From positions 124,001 through 188,000 of the IMG/VR virus record IMGVR_UViG_3300027710_000011: DNA of 64,000 bases. One strand, given 5' to 3'. Each line of letters starts with the position of its first letter. The first letter of the stretch is position 1. The notes beneath the pieces are model-generated. The model was given only the letters and a program-made list of their open reading frames with translations, was not told where the DNA came from and did no database searches. The position numbers and the translations under genes were made by a program. Below, in pieces: positions 12,041 through 20,655 of the stretch.

Positions 12041-12229
12041 CTACATCAAAGCCCCTGGAACACAGTCGAACATGTTCCTTGATGTGCTGTAATCTGGATC
12101 AGGTATTAATTGCTCAATCGATGGATCTTTCTTGGACTCATCGACTTGCATTTTGGTTTTGATGATGGCTTCTTGTCGTTGTTGCTTCTTGCTTTTATTG
12201 CAAACTTCTCGACTGGTTTGATGACTCAT
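12041..12229 (-). CDS. small hypothetical protein
   Basis: 62-aa ORF with GAGG SD. Confidence 0.55.
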   Translation of the reverse strand: MSHQTSREVCNKSKKQQRQEAIIKTKMQVDESKKDPSIEQLIPDPDYSTSRNMFDCVPGALM

Positions 12230-12280
12230 GACATAACCTCGAATAGCAATTGGTAGGGCTTACCATACCAATTGCTTGAA

Positions 12281-12778
12281 TCAAGACATGTGGGTAGGAG
12301 TCGTCGGAATTTCATCCTCGCGAAAGATATTAGGACCTGAGCCACGCGTGTGTTTGGTTGCGTATTCTGGACCATACAGTGCTTGGCTGCGATGAATCAG
12401 CTTGGCGAAGTCTTGTCCGTAAAAGGCACATGCCACCAGGCCGGAGTCGTACAGGCAGTTATCGTACACAAAGTACATTGCCGACAACGATTCGAGGCTG
12501 GGTGTCAAAGACGGAATGGGTGCGAAGATCAACTTGATCTTGTCGTGGTTCACATTGACCAAGACTGAGAAGTGCTCGGCGATGTATTTCTCCATCGTCG
12601 TGAACAAGGCTGGTTGACGCTTGTTCGGCTTCAGCAGTTGCAAGGTGATTGCGGTGGAGACTGTTTCCAAATCACTCACGGTTTTACATGCAGTGATTTG
12701 TCGCAGAATACGACCTGGCTTGTTGAAAAGAACCATGTCCACAAGGCCGCGAAGGTTTTGAATCAGTTGGTTGAACAT
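12281..12778 (-). CDS. hypothetical protein
   Basis: 165-aa ORF with GAGG SD. Confidence 0.75.
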   Translation of the reverse strand: MFNQLIQNLRGLVDMVLFNKPGRILRQITACKTVSDLETVSTAITLQLLKPNKRQPALFTTMEKYIAEHFSVLVNVNHDKIKLIFAPIPSLTPSLESLSAMYFVYDNCLYDSGLVACAFYGQDFAKLIHRSQALYGPEYATKHTRGSGPNIFREDEIPTTPTHMS

Positions 12779-12804
12779 CTTTTTTCCTCTCTGAAATAGT
12801 TAGC

Positions 12805-12833
12805 AAAAAAGACGGGAGTAAACCCGTCTTTTT
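12805..12833. terminator. intrinsic terminator
   Basis: AAAAAAGACGGG-AGTAAA-CCCGTCTTTTT. Confidence 0.8.
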
Positions 12834-12848
12834 ATTCGCAGCACTTGC

Positions 12849-13610
12849 TTATTCGAACGGCGTGTAGCCGTCAGGATCAGCCAGCATTGCGTTGATCTTG
12901 TCCAGATCAAACAATTGGCGGTGGCGCATCACAACTTCAATGTCGCGATCCAAGATCATGCCGTTGGTACCAGCACGACCCACGTGTTGACGCAAACGGT
13001 CAGCACCGGACAACTCATAGTAGTAACCGTTGCGCATCACAACCAAAGCCGTAAAGGTCTTGGGGAAGATGCGTGCGATGGTGCCGACTTCGCCGTGCTT
13101 GAAGCCACGCGTGTAGAACAAGTGGCACAGCGTGTGATCGTCTTCGACCTTGAGCGATGACACGGAATTGCCGCGCAGCTTGAGCATGCGGGTTTTCCAT
13201 TCAACGACGGCTTGGTTCAAATTGCTGGCCGAAGGACGCACAAAGGCGATGTTGTCGTTCAGCAACGCCTTGACATTGACGCGGATCCAGATGTTCTCCA
13301 ACTCTTCAGGAATCTGAGGAGTCGCCAGCAGTTCTTTGAACCACTGATGACCGTGCTTGTCTGGGAGAAGGACGCGGTTGCGAGGCACAGGCTTTTCACC
13401 GCCAGTCCGACGATCACGACCACCGCCGATGCTCGGCAGCACGAGGCCGTGCATGTGGTGGGAAAGACGACGCTTGTCTTCGCTGTTGCCGCGGCGCACG
13501 TTCTCGATTGTCACCCAGCCTTCGATCTTTTCTTCCACTTGCACAACGGCTGATTTGTGCTCTTCTTGGTCGGCCGGTGTTTCGAGGACGGGTTGTTGTT
13601 GATCGGACAT
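12849..13610 (-). CDS. hypothetical protein
   Basis: GGAGAAACAT-ATG start at 13610 is preferred over TTG 13724; strongly biased codon usage. Confidence 0.8.
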   Translation of the reverse strand: MSDQQQPVLETPADQEEHKSAVVQVEEKIEGWVTIENVRRGNSEDKRRLSHHMHGLVLPSIGGGRDRRTGGEKPVPRNRVLLPDKHGHQWFKELLATPQIPEELENIWIRVNVKALLNDNIAFVRPSASNLNQAVVEWKTRMLKLRGNSVSSLKVEDDHTLCHLFYTRGFKHGEVGTIARIFPKTFTALVVMRNGYYYELSGADRLRQHVGRAGTNGMILDRDIEVVMRHRQLFDLDKINAMLADPDGYTPFE

Positions 13611-13797
13611 ATGTTTCTCCAGACGCAAAACGTCGAGTTGAATGAATACTGAGCTATGACTCGCCCAGCGAGAGTGGCATGATGATACTGCTGTTAGGTT
13701 TATTTTGCCCTTTAAACCTAACAAAAAATAATATCACTAGAGCAGGTTTTACCCTACCCTAGTGAATATTACTTATCGGCTCGAACGCCTAAGCCGT

Positions 13798-14982
13798 TTA
13801 ACCGGCTGTAGCGCTTTGAGCTTCACCGACTTCGATCTCGCTGACGCCCATCACTTCGCGGGCGGCTTCCTTGGAGATGAACAGAGCCAGAGACAGGTGG
13901 CTCTCGTCAGCGATCTTGAAGATCTCGCCGATCGGCTTCGTCCAACCAGTGTAGTCAACACCGGCTTCCAGGCTGGGACCGTTACCGCGGAAGATTTGAA
14001 CGTAGCCAGCGGCGCGATGCACCAGGACCATGTTCTTGTCTGCCAGGATCGGGTCAGCGAAGTGCACGAAGCGATCGCCTTCCAGGTTCGAGAAGCTGGT
14101 GACTGCTTCCACCGGTGTGGAGTTCACGATAGCCGCGATGTAGGCCATGTCCGAACGGGTGTAAGGGAACACCGTGGTCGGAGTAGCGGCTGTGAAGACC
14201 AGGTTGAAGAACTGGATGGATTGCTCCATTGGGCCGGAGTTCTTCAACTGGAAGTTCGTGGCCTGAGCGCGCTCCACATCGTAGTTCTCAGGATAGGCGT
14301 GGTGCAGATGGATGAGGCCCTGACGGACTTTCAACAACTCCATGCCCTTCTGGAACACGTAGGCCTTGGCCTGGTTCGCTGGCGAGACGATCATCGGCTG
14401 GCTCTGTTCTGCCAGATTCAAAGTCACGCTTTCGCGCTTGCCTTCAGCCATGAAGCTGACCTTGTCGCCGATCAGTGTCACGTTCACACCAGGTCCGATC
14501 GGGAAGATCAAGACGCGGACGCCGTCGATCTCTGTGGAACGGGGCTCAGACGTGCGGTACTTGATCGTGAGCGCCGAAGACATGGTCACGTTGGTGACGC
14601 AGCGACCCAAGTCATGAACCTTGTCGAAGAAGCGTTGTTCAGGCGACTGCTCAGCCTCGACGGGTGCCGGGGTTTCAGCAGTTACGCCAGCGTTATCTTC
14701 AACCGAGGCCGAATCGTCGGGCCGTTGGACTTCCGTAGTGTCACCACTATTGGAATCGGCTGGCGCTTCTGCGACAGGAGCGGCGGGGGTTTCAGTTGTT
14801 TCGGCGGAACGAATGTCATCGTTGACGTCCTTCTTGGTTTCAGCCTCGGGAGCCGTAGCCTTGTCTTTCTTGATGTAACGGTACACACCGTAGGCACCAA
14901 GACAGACCAGTGCAATGCCTGCACCGTAGACGCCGATGCGACCGAGACGAGAGATGTTGTTCAGTTGGAAATTCATGACCAC
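13798..14982 (-). CDS. membrane-anchored hypothetical protein
   Basis: N-terminal TM (IGVYGAGIALVCLGAYGVY) followed by RYIKK, an acidic Pro/Ala linker and a globular C-terminal part. Confidence 0.8.
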   Translation of the reverse strand: MVMNFQLNNISRLGRIGVYGAGIALVCLGAYGVYRYIKKDKATAPEAETKKDVNDDIRSAETTETPAAPVAEAPADSNSGDTTEVQRPDDSASVEDNAGVTAETPAPVEAEQSPEQRFFDKVHDLGRCVTNVTMSSALTIKYRTSEPRSTEIDGVRVLIFPIGPGVNVTLIGDKVSFMAEGKRESVTLNLAEQSQPMIVSPANQAKAYVFQKGMELLKVRQGLIHLHHAYPENYDVERAQATNFQLKNSGPMEQSIQFFNLVFTAATPTTVFPYTRSDMAYIAAIVNSTPVEAVTSFSNLEGDRFVHFADPILADKNMVLVHRAAGYVQIFRGNGPSLEAGVDYTGWTKPIGEIFKIADESHLSLALFISKEAAREVMGVSEIEVGEAQSATAG

Positions 14983-15064
14983 TCCTAAAAAACCAACACG
15001 AAAAGACTCGTGGTGGTGAATGTCTCGTGAAGCGGGATTACCCCACGAGTGTTTTCAAATTGGC

Positions 15065-15421
15065 TTAAACAGCCGCTGCTGGATCAGCTTGCGCTGACGA
15101 ACCGGGGAAGAACACTTCCTTAACCTTGACGCTGATGTTCTCGAAGAAACTGCGCACAGGGATCAGGAAGAGCGCGCCGACGGCCAGCAAGCAGAACACG
15201 CAAGCAAACACCTTGCCGAACAGCACAGCAGACAGAGTCGTACCACCAGCAACGACAGCGACGGCCGCAGCGATCACGATGACCACCATGGCGAAGATGA
15301 AGATGCGGTAGAGGGCGTGCATGACGATCTTCATCAAACCCTTGGCAATGCCAAGAATCAAAGCGGTGAAGAAGTCGCCGACAAGATCGGAATACTTGTT
15401 GTTGTCTTGTGTCGTGGACAT
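15065..15421 (-). CDS. small integral membrane protein
   Basis: 2-3 long hydrophobic segments; AGGAG SD. Confidence 0.8.
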   Translation of the reverse strand: MSTTQDNNKYSDLVGDFFTALILGIAKGLMKIVMHALYRIFIFAMVVIVIAAAVAVVAGGTTLSAVLFGKVFACVFCLLAVGALFLIPVRSFFENISVKVKEVFFPGSSAQADPAAAV

Positions 15422-15578
15422 GAAAAACTCCTATTGAATGAAAATGAAGGTTGGGATAAGTAACTCGTAAGGCTTTCCTTTCTAGAAAGTGTAGAGACTC
15501 GAGCATTGATAGCTCAAGCCTCTACACACTGTGTTAAGTGCTTGAAATAATCTAGAATCTAGATTACTTCTGACGCAC

Positions 15579-16211
15579 TTAGGCGGCGGCGGGAGCCGGC
15601 GTGGCGACCACGTCGGACTTCTTGAACCAGGACTTGACCTTGGTCCAAGCAGAGGTGGCCTTGTCAGCGGTGTAGTCGACGGCGGTGTTGATTGCCGGCA
15701 TAGCGGTGCTGAAGAAGAAGTACATGCCGCAGAGGATCAGGCCGTATTCGACAGCGACCATCATCAACGCAGACATGCCCAGGGCACCCATCCAGACGGC
15801 GAAGAAGTTCAGGGCGTAGAAGGTGCTCATGTAGGCGGCGATGTTGATCACCCACTTGGCAATGTTGCGCACATTGAACGACATGCGCAGCGTCCAGGTC
15901 ACGCCTTCTTCGCCCTTGGCGCCGCCAGGAGCAGCTTGCTCGGTCTTGGTGTCGGCAGCAGGGTCGCCCTTGGCGTTGGTTTGCTCAGCGCCGGCGGCGT
16001 TGACGTTTTCGGTGTTGGCGTTGGCGGCGGCGGCGTTTGCTTCTTGAGCGTTCGAGGTCTTGTTCGTGTTCATGGTGGTTTCTTTCTTTAACGATGGAAT
16101 GGAAGGGGACACAGGGGTTCTTGGAGCGGCAGGCCTTTGGACTCTTCGTCTCGGCCTTGGCTCCGGCTCGATAATGTAGTGTACTCCATTATCGATGATG
16201 TGGAGTGCCAT
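15579..16211 (-). CDS. membrane protein (2 TM); possible second start at 16073
   Basis: GGAG SD; Ala/Asn-rich N-terminal half followed by two hydrophobic helices. Confidence 0.8.
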   Translation of the reverse strand: MALHIIDNGVHYIIEPEPRPRRRVQRPAAPRTPVSPSIPSLKKETTMNTNKTSNAQEANAAAANANTENVNAAGAEQTNAKGDPAADTKTEQAAPGGAKGEEGVTWTLRMSFNVRNIAKWVINIAAYMSTFYALNFFAVWMGALGMSALMMVAVEYGLILCGMYFFFSTAMPAINTAVDYTADKATSAWTKVKSWFKKSDVVATPAPAAA

Positions 16212-16223
16212 ATTAGGCTCCGA

Positions 16224-16295
16224 TTAGAGGGGTCTGCGGAAGAACCCAAGCGTCGGAGGCGCACATACGCACACCCTTACTAACTTGGGTTCCAT
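16224..16295 (-). CDS. candidate 23-aa small protein MEPKLVRVCVCAPPTLGFFRRPL
   Basis: AGGAG-TAAC-ATG; the stop sits directly before the SD of the next gene. Confidence 0.4.
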   Translation of the reverse strand: MEPKLVRVCVCAPPTLGFFRRPL

Positions 16296-16327
16296 GTTAC
16301 TCCTGGGAGTGATAGGCTTGTGACTGG

Positions 16328-16606
16328 TTAAGCGTACTGATGACCAGAGCCGAACTTCGACGAAACGTAGTTGATCAGCTTGAAGATCTTGGCAACAGAG
16401 GCGTCGCGAACCAAGTTGTACAGACGAGCAACCTTCTTGTTGAACACCGTGAAGTAAATCAGCACGGCGAAAATGACCCAAGGCACAGCACCAGCGGGCA
16501 TGACGGACAACAAGATGCCGCCGAACAGAGCGAACATGATGCGACGCAATCCAGCGAAGAGGATGACCTCGACGATGAAATGGATGACAGCCTTAAGTGT
16601 GGACAT
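16328..16606 (-). CDS. small integral membrane protein
   Basis: 92 aa, mostly hydrophobic, with a basic C-terminal part. Confidence 0.8.
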   Translation of the reverse strand: MSTLKAVIHFIVEVILFAGLRRIMFALFGGILLSVMPAGAVPWVIFAVLIYFTVFNKKVARLYNLVRDASVAKIFKLINYVSSKFGSGHQYA

Positions 16607-16751
16607 GACAGTACTCTCTAAAAGGTTGGGGCTCGTTAAACGAGCAAGAGGGATTCTCTATCACTCCCAACCATGGATTGCGGAAACTTCGGGTTAATGA
16701 TTGCGTAATCGTAAGGCAAATTCCTTTCAGGTTATGTTGCACAAGACTGCT

Positions 16752-17000
16752 TTAGGCAGCAGCAGCCATCACGGGTTCGACGGCTTCGGCCGCAGCGACA
16801 CCGGCTTCGGCGACTGCCGCACCGCCTTTACCGAACCAACCGGCCACAGTGTTACCGATGCCGCGGAAGAAACCGCCGGTCGCCGACAAGACAGCAGAGG
16901 TCTGTGTGGGCAGGAAGTGGGCGCAACCCAGAGCCACGGCGATCAGAGCGCCGACGGTCAGAGCGATGGCGACGGCGTGCTTCTTGATGAACTTGAACAT
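16752..17000 (-). CDS. small membrane-associated protein
   Basis: GAGGA SD then MFKFIKKH, a hydrophobic helix ending ALGC (possible signal or lipobox-like), amphipathic middle and an Ala-rich tail. Confidence 0.75.
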   Translation of the reverse strand: MFKFIKKHAVAIALTVGALIAVALGCAHFLPTQTSAVLSATGGFFRGIGNTVAGWFGKGGAAVAEAGVAAAEAVEPVMAAAA

Positions 17001-17055
17001 GATGGTATCCTCTTTGGTTGTGGAAAATGATTGAGACCGGGATGATCTCACGTGT

Positions 17056-17072
17056 GTAATATTAGGCTGAGG
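17056..17072 (-). promoter_or_regulatory. putative early promoter (CTCAGCCTAATATTAC)
   Basis: Closest match in the window to the phiKZ early consensus TATATTAC; followed by a 5' hairpin TGAGATC-ATCCC-GGTCTCA. Confidence 0.6.
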
Positions 17073-17165
17073 TGTTTTTCATTCCTAATACAGCACAAAA
17101 GCCAGGTAAGTATTTTACACTCCACCTTAACTCAAACCAGTCATATGGGTCTGAAAAAATCTTCA

Positions 17166-17735
17166 TTATACTTTTTCTATAGCTTTTTCAAAACTCCAAC
17201 CTTTTTTAACAATTCTACTGTAGAGTACGTTGTAAGAAATATTTAAATATTTAGACCATTCTACCAAGGTCTTCGTTACACCGTTATGTGTGTATGTGTG
17301 TTTATTAGAAGGTAGTGCAATTGCTGTTTCTAAATCTAGACCTCTTGATAATCTGTTTTTAATGGTCTGTACCGACAACCCTGATTGTCTGGCAAGTTCT
17401 GACGCAGTTACTTTCACATCAGCTACGGTGTAATAAACGTTATTTCGCCTATTGCTGCTTTGTTCAAGATTTGTAGCCCAACAGCAATTGTCAGGTTCGT
17501 AGTTTCCGTTAGTGTCCTTGCGCTCAATTGAATGTTGATCAGATGGTCGGAACCCCATATCCAAAATAAAAGCTTCATAGCTGTCCATCCAGCGACTACA
17601 AATAGTAATACCGCGCCCTCCGTAATCCGGATACGCTGGATGATTTGGATTTAAACAGCGTTGTTTCATATTTGCCCAAACAGCATAATGGTTATTTACG
17701 GATACATCGTGAAGATGTTTCTCGTGTTGCAACAT
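17166..17735 (-). mobile_element. free-standing HNH homing endonuclease
   Basis: W.NMKQRC.N....Y..YGGRGITIC.RW...F..DMG..P....SIER.D.NGNYEP.NC.WAT..EQ..N, then HTH-like repeats; markedly AT-rich. Confidence 0.9.
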
Positions 17736-17809
17736 TTTTTAACTCCTGGTAATTATATCGAGTTTGTGATATGTTATCTGAAGTTTTTGCAATATAGTTT
17801 TTACAGCAT

Positions 17810-17839
17810 AAAGACAGGGTCCCGTAGGACCCTGTCTAT
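17810..17839. terminator. intrinsic terminator
   Basis: AGACAGGGTCC-CGTA-GGACCCTGTCT. Confidence 0.8.
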
Positions 17840-17852
17840 TACGTGTTTATTA

Positions 17853-18326
17853 CTACGATGAAAAAGCTTGTTTAGCTTCTTCCTTGTCACCACCGCTAGT
17901 TTCGTGGGTTGAAAAAGCAGAGATGAAAAGAACCCAGCGTTTAAAGAAACCGACGTTTGCGACTTTCATCGCTTCCAAGAAGACCATGTTTGCTTCGTAG
18001 CAATCCACCCTCATTCTGACCTTAGCGATTCTTACACGCCCAGTGGTGCGGAGATAATGGTGAACTATTGCTGCTTTCCCGTGAAGGGAATCTGGTTTAA
18101 TCCAGTTACGAAAGAATCGTGGCACCACGGCACCGGGCAAACACCATCCATGCGGGATGTGTACCCAGTACTCACGATCACGGTTACCGACATAGAAGTT
18201 CATGCACCCTCTAGTCACATAGACTGTTTGTCCTTCGCGTTGAGAAGACTTCTCGTCTACTGAGACACGGCTTGGTGCGTGAAACTTCAGGTAAGAAGTC
18301 AATTGACCACCTCGACCTAAAGACAT
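17853..18326 (-). CDS. DUF1353-like protein
   Basis: IP.G.....A.VPRFF...I.P....GKAAIVH.YL...EAN.VFLEAM...VG..KRW. Confidence 0.7.
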   Translation of the reverse strand: MSLGRGGQLTSYLKFHAPSRVSVDEKSSQREGQTVYVTRGCMNFYVGNRDREYWVHIPHGWCLPGAVVPRFFRNWIKPDSLHGKAAIVHHYLRTTGRVRIAKVRMRVDCYEANMVFLEAMKVANVGFFKRWVLFISAFSTHETSGGDKEEAKQAFSS

Positions 18327-18463
18327 ACACGACTCCTTAGAACCGTTTTAAAGCGTATTACGCAAACATACACCCGAATATCTAGACGATACGTTTAACG
18401 GCCTTGTAGAGCCGTTAAACGCGTTCTAGAGCCACTAGCTCAGGGTTTTCTTAAAGTGTCTCA

Positions 18464-19825
18464 CTAATCGTTATTCAGATCGATTTCGCGTTTAGTAAAA
18501 ACACTCAAATTACTGGCCGTGATGTGTCGATTAGTTTGGAAACCATTCCCTAGGGTTTGCACGTAGTGATGCGCATGGATCAGCACTCCGTATGTTTCCT
18601 TCACTGAATCTTCTTCCATGAACAAGATCTTCACCGGCATACCTGGGTACAACAGTGTGGGATCAGAGTTCTCCCAAGACATGGAGAGCAAAGCACCGTC
18701 ACGTATGGCGAGCTTTGAATATTCCACGTAAGGGTTTGAAGTGATTTTGTTATCACTGGTCAGGACGTTGTTGTAACCGTTGGGTCGCTTAATGGTCGTG
18801 AACTCATTATTCGTACCACCCCGGCCAGCAAGGGCTTTGTTACCCTCAACCTTGACAAAGCCTTCCATGAATTTGTCACCGTCACCAAAACGAACACCGT
18901 TACCGCTGTTGAGCATCATGCTCTCGGACTTGTTTTCTATTTTGGCTTCACCAGTCACAATGGCAGTGACAGCATCACCGTCTTTCTTGAATGTTCTCTC
19001 AGTACCCGGCATTCGATTCGGAGGAACACGAATCAAAGTCAACGTACGCTGAGCTTTATTGAAATCAACGTTGTTGTAGGGCTGGAAGATGTACCACGTA
19101 TCGTTCAGGAAGTAATACCCAAAGCCTGCGTTATACACGCCACATTTCTGATGGATGTAACCAGGAACGTTCACGAGTCGTGTTCCTTGCGGGATCACGA
19201 TGTGTTCTCTCTTTGTGGTATTGTTAGCAGGAAACATTTCCACACCAGTTGGAATTGCTTTCTGATCAGCATTAACGATCTTGGACTCGGTAGTCATCAC
19301 AGCTTTGATAACTTCTTCAACGGTAGCGTTTCTGAAAACACCACCAAAGCTTCTCATTCTGAATTGATCCACAGATTTCGTGATCAGCTGAAACTCCACA
19401 GTGAACATGTTGGTCAAATCAAGATCGGACTCACTAGGCTGATTATAGGTGTTCCCCGTAACAGCAGGATTCTTCGGGTCGACCATGACGGCAACGTATC
19501 GTTCCGACTGAATAGGACGCGAATCATCACTACCACCACCAACCTCGTTGACCGGGATCTTGTAAAGCGTGATTTCAAGCTTACTCATGTTCGGGTAGAT
19601 CTGGTACGTATAAGCACCACCACCTACTGTCAGAGTAAGGATGATTTCGTCTGTGAAGTTGTTGGTGTAATCACAGACGAAATCAATCGATAGCACCTTG
19701 AATGACTGAATCGTCTTGTCGGGAGTGCAATGGATATCTGCTGACCAAAAATAGCTTGCTGAGCCATTCTTGTTTGCAGCGATAGCCTTGATATCCGCGC
19801 CAAGGGCAGAGTCAAGAATATCCAT
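18464..19825 (-). CDS. virion structural protein (phiKZ gp101-like, baseplate hub-like)
   Basis: 453 aa; C-terminal W.NSDP.LLYPGMPV motif; last gene of the virion block by synteny. Confidence 0.6.
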   Translation of the reverse strand: MDILDSALGADIKAIAANKNGSASYFWSADIHCTPDKTIQSFKVLSIDFVCDYTNNFTDEIILTLTVGGGAYTYQIYPNMSKLEITLYKIPVNEVGGGSDDSRPIQSERYVAVMVDPKNPAVTGNTYNQPSESDLDLTNMFTVEFQLITKSVDQFRMRSFGGVFRNATVEEVIKAVMTTESKIVNADQKAIPTGVEMFPANNTTKREHIVIPQGTRLVNVPGYIHQKCGVYNAGFGYYFLNDTWYIFQPYNNVDFNKAQRTLTLIRVPPNRMPGTERTFKKDGDAVTAIVTGEAKIENKSESMMLNSGNGVRFGDGDKFMEGFVKVEGNKALAGRGGTNNEFTTIKRPNGYNNVLTSDNKITSNPYVEYSKLAIRDGALLSMSWENSDPTLLYPGMPVKILFMEEDSVKETYGVLIHAHHYVQTLGNGFQTNRHITASNLSVFTKREIDLNND

Positions 19826-20646
19826 TACAGCTGCTTGCCGCGGTTGTTACCCAGCAAGTTTTCGATGGACTGATTCGTACTGGACGTACGAGGCGCGCTT
19901 GTCGATGGCTGCAACGGTGCATTCCTTACGGTGACACCTGTGGTGCTAACGTTAGGACGGAAGAAGTCAGCCATGGACTTGCGTTCAGCGAACTGATCTT
20001 CTTCAACCAGTTCTTCATCCAGTTCAGGAGCTTGAAGCTTCTGATTGGCTCGCAATGGCTGAATGACGCGTACGCCCTTGATCTCACGTTCCTCAACGGG
20101 CTTCTCTTTGACACGGATGGCTTTGAGAAGGCTGCGTACACCGGCTGAGCGGATTTGAGACATGTGTGCTGAGATGAACTCATCATCGAAGTGCCACTTG
20201 GCACGTTCGTAAACCGAATGAGCAAAAGCATCAAGGTCGATCAAATCTTCCGTAGGAATATTCGTCGTATTGAGTCGATTGATCATGCGGTTTTTCCACA
20301 TCTCAAGGTAAGTCGAGATGGACTCATACATGCGCTTTGTGTCGGGCCCGTTGACAACGCCGATACGACAGCCTTGTTTGTAGAGCTCCACCAATTTGGA
20401 AATTGGCAGCATCACAACGCGCACTTCATCAGAGATCATCCGATCCGTACGGTCATCACCAGAGATAGGGACGCCAAACTCCTTGATGTCTTCAACGCTG
20501 CGCATTTGAAGAACAGGAAGTCGTACCAGATACAGTTCTTTGAAGATCGGGTACCTTGGATCATCAACTGGCAGAGGCTTCTCTTTGCCCACGTAAGGTG
20601 GAAACTGACCCGTTGGCCAAGGTGCAGGTGTTGTTACCTTTCCCAT
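19825..20646 (-). CDS. conserved jumbo-phage protein (gp100-like)
   Basis: 273 aa; synteny. Confidence 0.55.
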   Translation of the reverse strand: MGKVTTPAPWPTGQFPPYVGKEKPLPVDDPRYPIFKELYLVRLPVLQMRSVEDIKEFGVPISGDDRTDRMISDEVRVVMLPISKLVELYKQGCRIGVVNGPDTKRMYESISTYLEMWKNRMINRLNTTNIPTEDLIDLDAFAHSVYERAKWHFDDEFISAHMSQIRSAGVRSLLKAIRVKEKPVEEREIKGVRVIQPLRANQKLQAPELDEELVEEDQFAERKSMADFFRPNVSTTGVTVRNAPLQPSTSAPRTSSTNQSIENLLGNNRGKQL

Positions 20647-20655
20647 GACATCTCC

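Noticed and set aside
16337-16366. CTGATGA...GAAAC hammerhead-like core
   Set aside because: Stem II and the flanking stems do not pair, and it lies antisense within a CDS
16641-16720. TTG-started ~27-aa ORF (MPYDYAIINPKF...) in the spacer
   Set aside because: SD-start spacing is too short and the sister motif at 15465 has no start codon, so an RNA-level motif is more likely
15065-17000. Holin/spanin lysis cassette interpretation of the small membrane genes
   Set aside because: They lie ~38 kb from the endolysin behind an early-type promoter, with no clear spanin pair; not fully excluded
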